Assembly (NCBI GenBank): GCA_964543765.1
Contig: CAZIZI010000002.1
Location: 11,153-75,152, forward strand
Length of the DNA: 64,000 nt
Origin: an uncultured Thermodesulfobacteriota bacterium
Lineage (GTDB): Bacteria; Desulfobacterota; B13-G15
Direction of reading: 5' to 3'
Shown here: piece after piece, positions 39,204 to 50,307 of the stretch
How the letters are laid out: every line of letters starts with the position of its first letter
How positions within the stretch are numbered: position 1 is the first letter of the stretch
Made by a program: the position numbers and the translations under genes
Notes under the pieces: generated by a model
The model's input: only the letters and a program-made list of their open reading frames with translations
Database searches by the model: none
Told to the model about the DNA's origin: nothing

Positions 39204-40638
39204 CTTTTTCCTCCAAAAGGCCTAAACCTCCTCCAAGGGCCTTGTAAAGGGATACAAAAGATGTGGCTAATTCGCCCTTCTTTTCCAAAAGTTCCATTTG
39301 TAACTCATAAAGGTTCTTTTTTGCCTCGATCAAGGTGAGCTTGTCGATCAAACCACTTTCATAAAGGCTTTTCTCAAGTTTGAGAATGTTTTCTGCCGAT
39401 GTTAAAGATTCTTGGATCAACTCTAATTTCTTTGAGTTTGCTTCGATCATAAAAAGCGCTTCTTGTATTTCCTTTAAAGCGTGTAAAAATGTTCCCTCGT
39501 AACGGGTAAGTGCTTCTTGGAATTTAGCTTTCTGGGCTTCTATTTCCCACTTGAGACTACTTCCGTCAAAAAATACCTTACTCAAAGAGGCACCTATTTG
39601 AAGCGTCAATTTAGGGGAGTAAAGAAGATCGCCCAAGGTAAGACTTCCTAAGGTTATAGCGCTTAACAGTTTAACGGTCGGTAAACGTTCAAGCCTTTTG
39701 GCTCTTAAATAACTCTCTTCCTTGAGGATCTCTTCTTGAGCGCGCCTAAGGTCAGGCCTTAACTTTATGACTTCCAGTGGAGTTGTTAACATCACTTCCA
39801 TCGGGGGAAGGGGAATGGGTTTAAAGGTTTCCAATTTCTCCTCGAGACTTTGAGGAGGTTTACCCAAAAGAACGCACAGTGAATTTTTTATGCTTTTAAT
39901 CTCCTTTTGTAGTGATTCCCTTTGATCATAAAGTGATTGTAACATTTGTTTAGCCCTTTCGAGTTCTTTCAAATCGATAAGACCGGCGTTATACCTATAA
40001 GAAATGAGTTTTTCATGTTCCTTTTCGCAATCTTCTAATCTCTCATCAATTAGTTTAAATTTTGCCTGGAGGGTTCTTAATTGAATGTAATTTTTCACTA
40101 CCTCACCGATTAGGCTCACTAGTGAATCTCGCAGATTTTCTTCCTCTATTTGAACTTCGGCTTCTTTGGCTTTTAAAAGTGGATTTTTCTTGACCAAAAA
40201 ATCCGCTTCCCAGTAGGCGTCAAACCTAACTTCATATAAAGATTCTTCAAAGTGATCCACCTTTTTTTCACTGAAAGAGGCCTCTCCTTGAAGCTTGGGG
40301 AAAAGACGGTTCTTTTCACTTTTCATCATGGCCCTTGATGCTATTATTCTGGCAAAACCTTCTCGGAGAGAAGGGTTCCGAAGGAGATTATCTTCTATGA
40401 GATCATTTAACTCTGGATCATTAAAGAGCCTCCACCACTTGTTGAGTTTTTGGACATCTAAAGGGGAAACCGATAGGGTAAATTCAAAACTGGAAGGAAT
40501 GGGTAAAGAAGAGTGGGGGAGGGGAGGGGAAGGTTTTAAGATTGTACATCCCCAAAGTGTTAAAAAAGTCAAAGCCAAGAAGAAGCGCTTCATTTTATTA
40601 TTTAGACAAATAAAACCCCTTTCAGGTTTAAAAATCAA
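39181..40638 (-). CDS. TolC-like outer-membrane efflux protein
   Basis: 485 aa. Lipoprotein-like signal (LWGCTIL), two repeated coiled-coil/beta-barrel halves. Confidence 0.75.
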   Translation of the reverse strand: MIFKPERGFICLNNKMKRFFLALTFLTLWGCTILKPSPPLPHSSLPIPSSFEFTLSVSPLDVQKLNKWWRLFNDPELNDLIEDNLLRNPSLREGFARIIASRAMMKSEKNRLFPKLQGEASFSEKKVDHFEESLYEVRFDAYWEADFLVKKNPLLKAKEAEVQIEEENLRDSLVSLIGEVVKNYIQLRTLQAKFKLIDERLEDCEKEHEKLISYRYNAGLIDLKELERAKQMLQSLYDQRESLQKEIKSIKNSLCVLLGKPPQSLEEKLETFKPIPLPPMEVMLTTPLEVIKLRPDLRRAQEEILKEESYLRAKRLERLPTVKLLSAITLGSLTLGDLLYSPKLTLQIGASLSKVFFDGSSLKWEIEAQKAKFQEALTRYEGTFLHALKEIQEALFMIEANSKKLELIQESLTSAENILKLEKSLYESGLIDKLTLIEAKKNLYELQMELLEKKGELATSFVSLYKALGGGLGLLEEKDGRKNEP

Positions 40639-40718
40639 GACAAAGGGTGCAAGGATTTTAAGGTTAAGTTAAAATTTTTACAAATTAATAAACCTCTAAA
40701 TCGGCTTGGAGGGAAAGA

Positions 40719-43121
40719 ATGCTCCCGAAGGTGGCGGTTGTAAGCATAGAAGAAGAGATGAAGAAATCTTACCTGGAATACGCCATGAGCGTAATAGTTG
40801 GTCGGGCTTTACCCGATGTGCGGGATGGATTGAAGCCTGTTCAACGGCGCATCCTTTACGCCATGTACGAAATGGGGCTTGAACCCAACAAGCCCTACCG
40901 AAAAAGCGCTAGGATTGTAGGAGAGGTTTTGGGGAAATACCATCCGCATGGGGATGTGGCAGTTTATGAGGCTCTTTCGCGGATGGCGCAATATTTCACC
41001 ATGAGATATCCCTTAATAGAGGGCCAAGGAAACTTTGGGTCCATAGATGGAGATCCTCCTGCGGCCATGAGGTATACCGAAGCCAGGCTTACCCCTATTG
41101 CCTTGGAGATGCTCAAAGATATTGAAAAAAACACCGTTGACTTTATGCCAAATTTTGATGGTTCCATGGAAGAAGCTGTGGTTTTGCCTTCTAGGATTCC
41201 CAATCTGCTTGTAAATGGGGCTTCCGGTATAGCGGTAGGGATGGCCACCAACATTCCTCCTCATAATTTAACCGAAACCATTAAGGCCTGTTTGGCTTTG
41301 TTGGAGAATCCCAATCTTGAAATTGAGGATATTTTGAAGATTTTACCCGGTCCCGACTTTCCCACAGGAGGTATAATTTATGGCCGAGAAGGCTTGCTCA
41401 ATGCGTATCGTACAGGTAGAGGCATCATCCAGGTTCGGGGCAAGGTGAGGATTGAGAAGGGAAAGGACAGGTATAGGTTAGTCATAACCGAAATCCCCTA
41501 TCAAGTTAACAAATCCCAACTTGTGGAGAAGATAGCCGAACTGGGTCAGACAAAGAGGATTGAAGGAATCCTTGAAGTAAGGGATGAGTCCGATAGGGAA
41601 GGCTTAAGGGTGGTTGTAGAGATAAAGAAGGACGAAAACCCTCAGGCCGTTCTTAGACAATTGTACAAACTGACCCCGCTCGAGAGTTCCTTTGGGATAA
41701 TACTTTTGGCTTTGGTGAATGGACAACCCATGTTGCTCAACCTCAAGCAGATGCTTCAGCTTTTCCTGGATCATAGAAGAGAAGTGGTAAGACGTCGTTC
41801 CGCTTTTGAGTTGGAGGAATCCGAGAGAAGAGCACATATATTGCAGGGATTGTTGAAAGCACTCGACCTTATAGACCAGGTGATAAGCCTGATAAGGAAT
41901 TCCGAAAGCCCCAAAGAAGCTAAAGAAGGATTGGTTTCCAAATTTGGCTTCAGTGAAGTTCAAGCTCAGGCCATATTGGATATGAGGCTTCAGAGGTTAA
42001 CGGGCCTTGAGAGGGACAAGATCCAAGAGGAGTTTGAGGAAATAAGCCGGAAAATCCTAACCCTTAAGGAAATATTGGGGTCGGAGAAGAAATTGGATGA
42101 GGTAGTGGCCGAAGAGCTTAAAGAAATACTTGACCTTTACGGCGATCCTCGTCGCACGGAGATACAAGCTGCTTTGCTCCCTTCAGAAGAGGAGGTCATA
42201 GAAGAGAAAGATGTGGTGGTTATTTTGACCTCATCGGGATATATAAAGAGGGTTTCCGTGGATGAGTACCGAAAACAAGCACTTGGAGGGAGGGGAAAGA
42301 CCAGCATAACCTTGAAAGAGGGAGATTTTGTGAAGCAGATCCTAGTTTGTAATACCGTTGATAACCTCCTCTTTTTCACAGATAAGGGACGGGCATATGG
42401 GTTAAAAGTCTCTGAAGTTCCCTCTTTGCCCATTTCGGTAAAGGGCAAGCCCCTAACGACACTTCTTAAACTAGGGGAAGAAAGCATATCTTCCGTTATA
42501 TCCGTTAAGAACTTTAACACCGGAGAGGTGATTTTTGTTACAAAAATGGGAATGATCAAAAAGACTCCGCTCGGGGAGTTCAAAAGCGTGCGTTATGGAG
42601 GAAGTTCGGCGATTTCGTTAAAAGAAGGTGATCAATTAATCGGGGTTCAATTGATAAGCGATGAAACAAAGGTTTTAATAGGTACCAAACTCGGTAAGGG
42701 CATTTTAATCGGATCAGATGAAATAAGGTCCATGGGCAAACAGGCTCAAGGGGTAAAAGGAGTCAAATTATCACAAGGTGATGAGGTAATAGGAGTGATA
42801 CCAATAGGTGAAAAGGGATATTTATTTTTGGTTACCGAGAAAGGGTACGGGAAACTGATCAATAGAGATGAACTATCCCTTCAAAAAAGAGGAGGAAAAG
42901 GCGTAATTCTTCTCAAAATCACTTCCCAAAGCGGTCCTCTGGTTGGTATACTTTTCTTGAACGAAAATAGGGATGAAAACCTTCTTTTATGTTCTTCGGA
43001 GGGAAAGGTACTTAGAATAAGCGCGAAGCAAATTCCCGTTCAGGGACGTTATTCCAGAGGGGTTAAACTTATGAAATTAAAGGAAGACGAGAGGTTGACA
43101 GATATTACCCTATTAAGATAA
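40719..43121 (+). CDS. gyrA: DNA gyrase subunit A
   Basis: 800 aa. Active-site region with YHPHGD and catalytic Tyr ([10 protein letters not shown]). C-terminal beta-pinwheel repeats. Confidence 0.85.
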   Translation: MLPKVAVVSIEEEMKKSYLEYAMSVIVGRALPDVRDGLKPVQRRILYAMYEMGLEPNKPYRKSARIVGEVLGKYHPHGDVAVYEALSRMAQYFTMRYPLIEGQGNFGSIDGDPPAAMRYTEARLTPIALEMLKDIEKNTVDFMPNFDGSMEEAVVLPSRIPNLLVNGASGIAVGMATNIPPHNLTETIKACLALLENPNLEIEDILKILPGPDFPTGGIIYGREGLLNAYRTGRGIIQVRGKVRIEKGKDRYRLVITEIPYQVNKSQLVEKIAELGQTKRIEGILEVRDESDREGLRVVVEIKKDENPQAVLRQLYKLTPLESSFGIILLALVNGQPMLLNLKQMLQLFLDHRREVVRRRSAFELEESERRAHILQGLLKALDLIDQVISLIRNSESPKEAKEGLVSKFGFSEVQAQAILDMRLQRLTGLERDKIQEEFEEISRKILTLKEILGSEKKLDEVVAEELKEILDLYGDPRRTEIQAALLPSEEEVIEEKDVVVILTSSGYIKRVSVDEYRKQALGGRGKTSITLKEGDFVKQILVCNTVDNLLFFTDKGRAYGLKVSEVPSLPISVKGKPLTTLLKLGEESISSVISVKNFNTGEVIFVTKMGMIKKTPLGEFKSVRYGGSSAISLKEGDQLIGVQLISDETKVLIGTKLGKGILIGSDEIRSMGKQAQGVKGVKLSQGDEVIGVIPIGEKGYLFLVTEKGYGKLINRDELSLQKRGGKGVILLKITSQSGPLVGILFLNENRDENLLLCSSEGKVLRISAKQIPVQGRYSRGVKLMKLKEDERLTDITLLR

Positions 43122-43176
43122 GAAAACTTGACAAATACCTGGATTCAGGGTTAAAAATCCGGCGGAGGAGAGACAG

Positions 43177-43377
43177 ATGAGTCAGGTATGTGCCATATGC
43201 CAAAAAAGGCCTATGAGAGGGCATAATGTGAGTCATGCTGGAAATAGGACTAAACGCGTTTTTAATCCGAATTTGCAACGCGTTAAGGTATTAATCGATG
43301 GACAAGTGAAAAGAATAAGAGTATGCACGAAATGCCTTAAAGCTGGGAAAATAATAAAACCCGGCCCCCTTTCTTAA
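43177..43377 (+). CDS. rpmB: 50S ribosomal protein L28
   Basis: 66 aa. [34 protein letters not shown] typical L28. Candidate promoter TTGACA-N17-TTAAAA at 43127-43155. Confidence 0.9.
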   Translation: MSQVCAICQKRPMRGHNVSHAGNRTKRVFNPNLQRVKVLIDGQVKRIRVCTKCLKAGKIIKPGPLS

Positions 43378-43386
43378 TTAATTGAT

Positions 43387-45534
43387 TTATATCCACTTTT
43401 TGACTCTTTCTGCTTTTTTTACTCCTTTTACTTTGCGGAGGTGAGAGAGTAGTTTTTCTAATTGTTTTGTATTAGAAATTTCTACTTCAAAAAAGTTTAA
43501 GGCCTCTCCGCTTTTGGTGGTGCTTACATGAGCCTTGAGGATGTTGATACCCAATTGGGAAATGGAGTTGCTTAAAGCGGCAAGTAACCCTTTGCGATCT
43601 TCAGCCTGGACTTTTATTTTAACGGGGAAAAGAAAGCCATTTTCACCTTTCCATTCCACTTCCACATATCGTTCAGGAGGAACAGAAAGCACATTGGGAC
43701 AATCGAAAGTATGAATGCTAATACCATGGCCCCTGGTGACAAATCCTATTACCTCATCTCCCGGCAAAGGATTACAGCATTTAGCGAAATGTACTAAGAG
43801 GTTTTCCATTCCATTGATTTTTATTAAAGTACCTAGGTTAATTTTTTTGCTTTTGCCTTTTCTTACTAAAGTTTCTTGAGGTGCTATTTTACCTATTATT
43901 TGAGAAACCGTAACTTTGCCAAAACCGATAGCCGCAAATAGGTCGTCAGGTGATTTAAAATTGAAAAGTTCAAGTAATTTTTTAAATTCTTCCCTTTTTT
44001 GAATTTCACCGAGGGAGAAGCCCACCTTTTTTAGTTCCTTCTCGCATAATTCTTGGCCCAGTATGATAGCGTGATTTTTTTCTTGTTCCCTTAAGAATTT
44101 CAATATTTTAGCCCTGGCCCTGGAAGTTCTTGCAAACTTAAGCCAATCGCGATTAGGATGAGCCTTCGGAGAGGTCAAAATTTCCACGATCTCACCACTT
44201 TTAAGTTCGTAATCCAGGGGCACTAACTTTCCATTAACCCTTGCACCATAACAATGATTTCCTATCTCCGTGTGAATGCTGTAAGCGAAATCTATCGGAG
44301 TAGCTCCTTTGGGAAGAACCTTGACTTCACCTTTAGGGGTGAAGACATAAACTTCATCGGGATAAAGGTCAATTTTTAAAATATGCAGGAATTCCCTTGA
44401 ATCCTCCAATTCTTGTTGTAGCTCCAATATCTGTCTAAGCCAACCAATTCTCTTGACTTCCTCTTCATCTAACCCCTTTCCTGTTTTATACTTCCAATGA
44501 GCGGCTATGCCCTCTTCCGCCACTTTATGCATCTCCCATGTCCTTATCTGCACTTCCATCATTTCCCCATACGGTCCTATTACTGTGGTATGTAATGATT
44601 GATAAAAATTAGGTTTAGGTAAAGCAATATAATCCTTAAACCTTCCTGGAACTGGAGTCCACAATGAATGTATAATCCCCAAAGCCTGATAACATTCTTG
44701 CTCGCTATTTACAATTACGCGAAAAGCTAAAAGATCATACACTTGTTCAAAATCTATACCTAACCGTTTTATTTTTTCATAAACACTATAAGGCTCTTTT
44801 ATTCTTCCCTGAATTTCAGCCTCGATGCTATTTTCTTCCAATTTGTTTTTTAAAATTTTCTTTACTTCTTCTATGTATTTCTGCTTTTCTTTTTCAAAAT
44901 GTCGAAGTTTTCTATAAATTTCGTTATATGCAACTGGATCAAGATGCTGAAACGCGAGATTTTCAAGTTCATTTTTCATCCACTCTATTCCTAAGCGATG
45001 AGCAATAGGAGCATAAATTTCAATAGTTTCTTTTGCTATAAGTTTCCTTTTTTCTTCTTCATGATATTCAAGAGTTCTAACGTTATGAAGCCTATCGGCA
45101 AGCTTGATTAAAATTACTCTAATATCTTTTGCCATAGCCATAATCATTTTTCTATAAGTTTCAGCTTGCGTAATTTTAGGGTCAGTAAATGGTAATTTGC
45201 TAATCTTTGTCACTCCGTCTACAAGATTTGCTATTTCTTCTCCGAATAACTCTTTTATTTCTTGAAAAGAAGTTAAAGTATCTTCGAGAACATCGTGTAA
45301 AAGACCAGCGGATATAGTAGGTAGGTCCATTCTCAATTTTGCCAATATCATTGCTACTTCTAAGGGGTGTATAAGGTATGGTTCTCCCGAAAGACGAGTT
45401 TGTCCTTTGTGGACCTTAGCTGAAAAGACGTAAGCTTTTTCTAATAATGAAAAATCCGCCTCTGGGAGATAAGATGCAACTTCTTCTTTTATGTCCGTAA
45501 AACGGACAAAATTTCTCCTTTTGAGAAACCTCAT
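43387..45534 (-). CDS. relA: bifunctional (p)ppGpp synthetase/hydrolase RelA/SpoT
   Basis: 715 aa. HD hydrolase domain (HPLEVA...LLHDVLEDT), synthetase domain, TGS and ACT domains. Confidence 0.9.
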   Translation of the reverse strand: MRFLKRRNFVRFTDIKEEVASYLPEADFSLLEKAYVFSAKVHKGQTRLSGEPYLIHPLEVAMILAKLRMDLPTISAGLLHDVLEDTLTSFQEIKELFGEEIANLVDGVTKISKLPFTDPKITQAETYRKMIMAMAKDIRVILIKLADRLHNVRTLEYHEEEKRKLIAKETIEIYAPIAHRLGIEWMKNELENLAFQHLDPVAYNEIYRKLRHFEKEKQKYIEEVKKILKNKLEENSIEAEIQGRIKEPYSVYEKIKRLGIDFEQVYDLLAFRVIVNSEQECYQALGIIHSLWTPVPGRFKDYIALPKPNFYQSLHTTVIGPYGEMMEVQIRTWEMHKVAEEGIAAHWKYKTGKGLDEEEVKRIGWLRQILELQQELEDSREFLHILKIDLYPDEVYVFTPKGEVKVLPKGATPIDFAYSIHTEIGNHCYGARVNGKLVPLDYELKSGEIVEILTSPKAHPNRDWLKFARTSRARAKILKFLREQEKNHAIILGQELCEKELKKVGFSLGEIQKREEFKKLLELFNFKSPDDLFAAIGFGKVTVSQIIGKIAPQETLVRKGKSKKINLGTLIKINGMENLLVHFAKCCNPLPGDEVIGFVTRGHGISIHTFDCPNVLSVPPERYVEVEWKGENGFLFPVKIKVQAEDRKGLLAALSNSISQLGINILKAHVSTTKSGEALNFFEVEISNTKQLEKLLSHLRKVKGVKKAERVKKWI

Positions 45535-45594
45535 CTATAAAAATTTACTACCACAATCTCGAAAAAGTAAGAGCAATTAAAGAAGCAGGATCCT

Positions 45595-46185
45595 TCAAAT
45601 CTCCTGGATCAGCCTTTTCCCTTCCCGGAAGGCCATAAGGTTAATTTCTAAAGCTCGTTTTGGTACATTTTCCATAATGCTCTCTTCCCAAAGCGATTCT
45701 TCAAACTCCAAGAAATTGCTCAGTGCTCCGAGTAACACTACGTTGGCAATTCTTGGGTCCCCCAGATTTTTTGCGATCTCTGTAGCTGGTAGGAGATAAA
45801 CCCTTTCGAAGTTAGACCTCAAGAACTCTTCTATGTCTTTGGGATATTCCATTTCGCCTCTGTTTACCGCTGGTGGATAAATCTCCAATGAGTCAGCAAT
45901 TACTACAGTTTTTGGACTGCACCATTCGATCCATCTTAAGGCTTCTAACTTCTCGGTAGAAAATAGAAAATCAACCTCCCCTTTTGGAATCAAAGGAGAA
46001 TAGACCTTTTCCCCGAATCTCAGATTACTCACCACTGATCCGCCTCTTTGGGCCATTCCTTTAACTACACCTTGTTTAACATCATAACCCTTTCTAAGAG
46101 CTAAATCGGCCAATAAAGCACTCGCCAAAACCACCCCTTGTCCCCCTACTCCGCATATTAAAATATTGGTATTCTTCCTTCCCAT
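45595..46185 (-). CDS. iorB: indolepyruvate:ferredoxin oxidoreductase subunit beta
   Basis: 196 aa. ILICGVGGQGVVLAS PFOR gamma-type domain. Adjacent to iorA. Confidence 0.8.
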   Translation of the reverse strand: MGRKNTNILICGVGGQGVVLASALLADLALRKGYDVKQGVVKGMAQRGGSVVSNLRFGEKVYSPLIPKGEVDFLFSTEKLEALRWIEWCSPKTVVIADSLEIYPPAVNRGEMEYPKDIEEFLRSNFERVYLLPATEIAKNLGDPRIANVVLLGALSNFLEFEESLWEESIMENVPKRALEINLMAFREGKRLIQEI

Positions 46186-46219
46186 GTTTCTCTCCTCATT
46201 TGAGTCTTTATTTTTGAAC

Positions 46220-48064
46220 TTATTCTTTCTTCACTTTAAACCCCTTAGGCGGAACCTCCGTATGAGCCTTTATAGCGTCGAATTTACACACTTGATAACA
46301 GAGACCACAACCGTTACATAATAGGTCATTAATCTTTGAAACGCCCTTTCTCTTTTTAGTTTTTCCTTCCTTTGTGGTGTATTCACCGGCCTTTGAGGAA
46401 TCCCAGTAAATGGCCGGACAACCAAGCTCGAGACATTGCCGACATCCGGTGCACAAGTTTTCATCGACAAAAAGAGGCGGATTATAACGTTCTATAGCCC
46501 GCCTTAAAAGCGCGCACGGACTATTTTTGGTGACTATAAAAGAGGGTTCGTTTTTGGCTATTTCTTCCTTTATTACTCTCTCCGTTTCCTCAATATCATA
46601 GGGGTTTATCTCTCTTATGTTCTCTTCTTTAACCCCTAAAGCTTTGGCGAGTTCCACATAGTTAACCGCGAAGGTTTCTTGTCCCTTGGCAGTATAACCT
46701 GAACCGGGATGTTCCTGGGAACCGGTCATCGCGGTGGTCCAATTGTCCAAAACTATCACGGTTCCGTTAGCTTTATTGTAAGTAATGCCCAAAAGGGGCG
46801 TAATACCTGCATGCAGAAAAGTAGAATCACCTAATACAGCCACCGTTTTATTTAAAGCACCTTCTTTTAGCACCTGAACCGCTCCTTCTAACATACCGAT
46901 ACTTGATCCCATGCACACACATGTGTGGAGGGAGCTAAGGGGCGGTAAGGTGGCCAAGGTATAACATCCGATGTCGCCAAAAGTAAAGACCTTAAGTTTT
47001 TTAAGGACATAAAACACTCCCCGGTGAGGGCAACCGGGACAAAGGTTTGGTGGGCGTCCAGGGATAGGGGAATGATATTTAATTGGAGGCACATAAGGTT
47101 TACCTTCAACGGCTTCCTTTATAACAGTGGGGGACAATTCGCCGCAGATGGGTATTTTGTCCTTACCAAGATGGACCTTTATACCCATTGCCCTAATGTT
47201 TTCTTCTAAAAAGGGATCTAACTCTTCAATAACCCAAACTTCTTCCACTTCACTTGCGAATTCTTTTATCTTCTTTTCCGGCAATGGCCACACCATTCCC
47301 AATTTCAAAAAGCTATATTGAGGAAACACCTCCTTCGCGTATTGGTACGCAATGCCACTGGTGATTATGCCTACCTTTTTATCTCCCCATTCAATCCGAT
47401 TATGTTCAAAAGTTTCGGCAAATTCCTTGAGTTTTTTCATCCTTTCTTCTACGAAAACATGCCTTGGTCCAGCAAAAGCAGGTATCATGGTGTACTTTTT
47501 CTCATTGGGGTTAAGATCGTAAGTGCGATTTAATTCTTTTCTTTCTCCTAGTTCGACAACCCCCCGCGTATGGGACACGCGGGTTACAGTCCGTAAAAGA
47601 ACCGGAGTATCAAACTGTTCGGATATTTCAAACGCGATCTTGACAAAATCCTTCGCTTCTTGGGCGTCGGAAGGTTCAAGCATTGGAACCTTAGCAAAAC
47701 GGGCGTAATGACGATTATCCTGTTCGTTTTGAGAGCTGTAAAGAGAGGGATCATCAGCGGTGACGATCACCAGTCCTCCCTCTACCCCAGTGTAAGAAAG
47801 GGTCATAAGAGGGTCAGAAGCCACATTCAAACCCACATGCTTCATCGCGGCTAAAGCCCTGGCTCCCGTTAAAGAAGCCCCTGCAGCTGCCAAAACTGCA
47901 TCTTTTTCGTTAGGTGCCCATTCAGCTTGAACTTCAGGGTATTCGATTAAGCTTTCCAAAATCTCCGTACTGGGTGTCCCGGGATAGGCAGAAGCAAACA
48001 CAACTCCCGCTTCCCACGCTCCCCTTGCTATAGCCTCATTTCCAAGCAATACCTTTTTCATCAA
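46220..48064 (-). CDS. iorA: indolepyruvate:ferredoxin oxidoreductase subunit alpha
   Basis: 614 aa. TPP-binding domains, GDIGCYTL, C-terminal 2x[4Fe-4S] (CTGCRQCLELGCP ... CNGCGLCYQVCKF). Confidence 0.85.
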   Translation of the reverse strand: MMKKVLLGNEAIARGAWEAGVVFASAYPGTPSTEILESLIEYPEVQAEWAPNEKDAVLAAAGASLTGARALAAMKHVGLNVASDPLMTLSYTGVEGGLVIVTADDPSLYSSQNEQDNRHYARFAKVPMLEPSDAQEAKDFVKIAFEISEQFDTPVLLRTVTRVSHTRGVVELGERKELNRTYDLNPNEKKYTMIPAFAGPRHVFVEERMKKLKEFAETFEHNRIEWGDKKVGIITSGIAYQYAKEVFPQYSFLKLGMVWPLPEKKIKEFASEVEEVWVIEELDPFLEENIRAMGIKVHLGKDKIPICGELSPTVIKEAVEGKPYVPPIKYHSPIPGRPPNLCPGCPHRGVFYVLKKLKVFTFGDIGCYTLATLPPLSSLHTCVCMGSSIGMLEGAVQVLKEGALNKTVAVLGDSTFLHAGITPLLGITYNKANGTVIVLDNWTTAMTGSQEHPGSGYTAKGQETFAVNYVELAKALGVKEENIREINPYDIEETERVIKEEIAKNEPSFIVTKNSPCALLRRAIERYNPPLFVDENLCTGCRQCLELGCPAIYWDSSKAGEYTTKEGKTKKRKGVSKINDLLCNGCGLCYQVCKFDAIKAHTEVPPKGFKVKKE

Positions 48065-48082
48065 AGCCTCCTCACTTTGTTG

Positions 48083-48101
48083 TGTTTGATTAAATCAAAC
48101 A
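48083..48101. promoter_or_regulatory. 19-bp perfect palindrome TGTTTGATT-A-AATCAAACA in the iorA / CDP-alcohol-transferase divergent promoter region. Candidate operator.
   Basis: 9-bp arms, 1-nt spacer, 18-36 nt upstream of the iorA start codon (minus strand). Confidence 0.45.
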
Positions 48102-48184
48102 CCTATTTCGTGAAAAAAATAACATACCTTTTCGTGGACGTCAACCTTTATTAAGAATTTATTTCTTGTATCCGTTTATGATTC

Positions 48185-48787
48185 GTGATAATAGCAAAAA
48201 TAATGTTAGGAAAACTGGGACATCGACTTGATCCTGTGGTCTATAAAATTGCTCGGGCTTTAAGGCTTAACCTCAAGCCGAGTTTTTTAACCTTTTTGGG
48301 TTTTGTTTTTAATGGGGTGGCTTCCGTTTTAGTGGCTTTAGGGGAGTGGTTTGGAGGAGGCCTAATCGTTTTAATCGGCGGGTTGTTTGATATGATGGAT
48401 GGGGCGGTTGCTAGACTGGAAGGAAAAAGCAGCCTGTTTGGAGCCTTCTTTGATTCGGTTATGGATCGTTTCTCGGATTTTTTGGTGTTTATAGGATTGG
48501 CTTATTTTTATTGTCAAAAAGGGGAAAAGGCATCGTTATTACTCACGCTTTTTGCCCTCATGGGAAGTATTCTTGTTCCCTTTTGTAGAGCCAGGGCAGA
48601 GGTTTTTATACCCTCCTGCAAAGTTGGGGTTTTAGAGCGCCCCGAAAGGGTTTTACTTATGGCCTTCGGGTTCATAAGTGGATTAATGATTGAGGTCCTT
48701 TGGGTCATTACGGTTTTGAGCTTTTTTACGGTTTTTCAGAGGATCCTTTACACCAAGAGGGTTCTTTCGAAGAGAGAAAGCGGTTAA
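48185..48787 (+). CDS. CDP-alcohol phosphatidyltransferase family protein
   Basis: 200 aa. D-x2-DG-x2-AR...G-x3-D-x3-D motif (DMMDGAVARLEGKSSLFGAFFDSVMDRFSD). Confidence 0.75.
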   Translation: MIIAKIMLGKLGHRLDPVVYKIARALRLNLKPSFLTFLGFVFNGVASVLVALGEWFGGGLIVLIGGLFDMMDGAVARLEGKSSLFGAFFDSVMDRFSDFLVFIGLAYFYCQKGEKASLLLTLFALMGSILVPFCRARAEVFIPSCKVGVLERPERVLLMAFGFISGLMIEVLWVITVLSFFTVFQRILYTKRVLSKRESG

Positions 48788-49817
48788 CCTCTTCCATGAT
48801 CCTTTCCGCCCATTTTGCCGAAGGTATTTTCTCTATCACCTTTCCCTTTTTGAATAAAACGCCATATTTTTTCCCCGCCGCTATACCGAGATCTGCGTTT
48901 TTCGCCTCTCGAGGACCATTTACGATACATCCCATAACGGCTATCTTTAAGGGTTCCGAAATAGGGGAGAGCTTGGACTCTAACTCAGCCACTATTTTGG
49001 ATAGGTCTACTTCGCATCTTCCACAGGTCGGACAGGAGATTATCTCAACTCCTCTTCTTCTTAGTCCTAAGGCGCCGAGGATATGATAAGCGGCTCTGAC
49101 TTCTAATACCGGTGAAGCGGTGAGGGAAACCCGTATGGTGTCCCCTATACCCTCATTGAGAAGAATCCCTATCCCCACAGCCGATTTTATGGCTCCACTT
49201 AAAGGGGGGCCTGCTTCGGTTATTCCCAAATGAAGTGGATAATCGGAGATCTGACTGAACTTTCGGTAAGCCTCAATTGTCTCCATAACATCGGTAGCTT
49301 TGAGTGAGACCTTTATCTCCTGAAATCCTACCGCTTCCGCTATTTCTAATGCCTCAAGGGCAGAAGCCACAAGAGCCGAAGAAAGTTTATCGTAATTGAG
49401 GTACTTCTTAGGTAAAGACCCCGCGTTCACCCCTATGCGGATGGCCGTTTTTTTCTCTTTGGCTGCTTCAAATATTTCCTTCATCGCCTTCCGAGAAGGC
49501 ATTGTCCCGGGATTGATCCTTAATCCGTCAATTCCCTTTTCTAAAGCCTTTAAAGCTAATTTGGGCACAAAATGCACGTCCCCTATCAAGGGGACCGGAG
49601 ACTGGCTCCTTATGTCGGGGATGGCTTCAACGGCCTCTTCGTCTGGTAAAGCAATCCTCATTATCTCGCAACCAGCTTCGTAAGCTTCTCGAATTTGTAA
49701 AAGGGTTAAGCGGACATCTTTGGGATGTACTTTCGTCATAGATTGGACTACAATCGGTAACCCTCCACCTATTAATACAGAACCAACCCTTATGATCTTC
49801 GTCTTTTTAGATGGCAT
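48726..49817 (-). CDS. ispG: 4-hydroxy-3-methylbut-2-en-1-yl diphosphate synthase (flavodoxin)
   Basis: 363 aa. TIM-barrel N-domain and C-terminal CPTCGRC ... C 4Fe-4S ligands. Confidence 0.85.
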   Translation of the reverse strand: MPSKKTKIIRVGSVLIGGGLPIVVQSMTKVHPKDVRLTLLQIREAYEAGCEIMRIALPDEEAVEAIPDIRSQSPVPLIGDVHFVPKLALKALEKGIDGLRINPGTMPSRKAMKEIFEAAKEKKTAIRIGVNAGSLPKKYLNYDKLSSALVASALEALEIAEAVGFQEIKVSLKATDVMETIEAYRKFSQISDYPLHLGITEAGPPLSGAIKSAVGIGILLNEGIGDTIRVSLTASPVLEVRAAYHILGALGLRRRGVEIISCPTCGRCEVDLSKIVAELESKLSPISEPLKIAVMGCIVNGPREAKNADLGIAAGKKYGVLFKKGKVIEKIPSAKWAERIMEEVNRFLSSKEPSWCKGSSEKP

Positions 49818-50306
49818 TTATATTTTTGAAAATTTTTCCTTAAGTTTTAAAGCTACTAAAGGCGGAACGAAATCGTCCACCTTACCACCGAGGCTCGCAA
49901 TTTCTTTAATGGTCCGAGAACTTATAAAGAAGTAATCCTTTGCAGTAACCATAAAAATCGTATCAGCTTCAGGGTATAAACTTTTGTTCATCGATGCCAT
50001 ATGATACTCATATTCAAAATCCGAAGTAGCTCTTAAACCTCGGATTATAATCTTCACTCCTTTACGTTTCATATATTCTACAAGTAAACCTTCAAAGCTT
50101 TCAACTTCAACTCGTGGCTCGTTTTTATAAATTTCCCTTATCATTTTCACTCTCTCTTCCGGAGTAAAAAGCGCTTGTTTTTGATAATTAATAGCAACTG
50201 CTACTATTATTTTGTCAAAAATCCTCAAAGATCGCTCTATGATATTCATATGGCCATACGTTAAAGGGTCAAAAGAACCAGCGTAAACAGCTTGTGTTTC
50301 ACCCAT
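49818..50306 (-). CDS. coaD: phosphopantetheine adenylyltransferase
   Basis: 162 aa. AVYAGSFDPLTYGHMNII (HxGH nucleotidyltransferase motif). Confidence 0.9.
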   Translation of the reverse strand: MGETQAVYAGSFDPLTYGHMNIIERSLRIFDKIIVAVAINYQKQALFTPEERVKMIREIYKNEPRVEVESFEGLLVEYMKRKGVKIIIRGLRATSDFEYEYHMASMNKSLYPEADTIFMVTAKDYFFISSRTIKEIASLGGKVDDFVPPLVALKLKEKFSKI

Positions 50307-50307
50307 A

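Noticed and set aside
48726-48787. 62-nt convergent overlap between the CDP-alcohol phosphatidyltransferase gene and ispG
   Set aside because: Not treated as a finding. Most likely a real but trivial 3'-end overlap, or a slightly mis-placed stop. No frameshift evidence.
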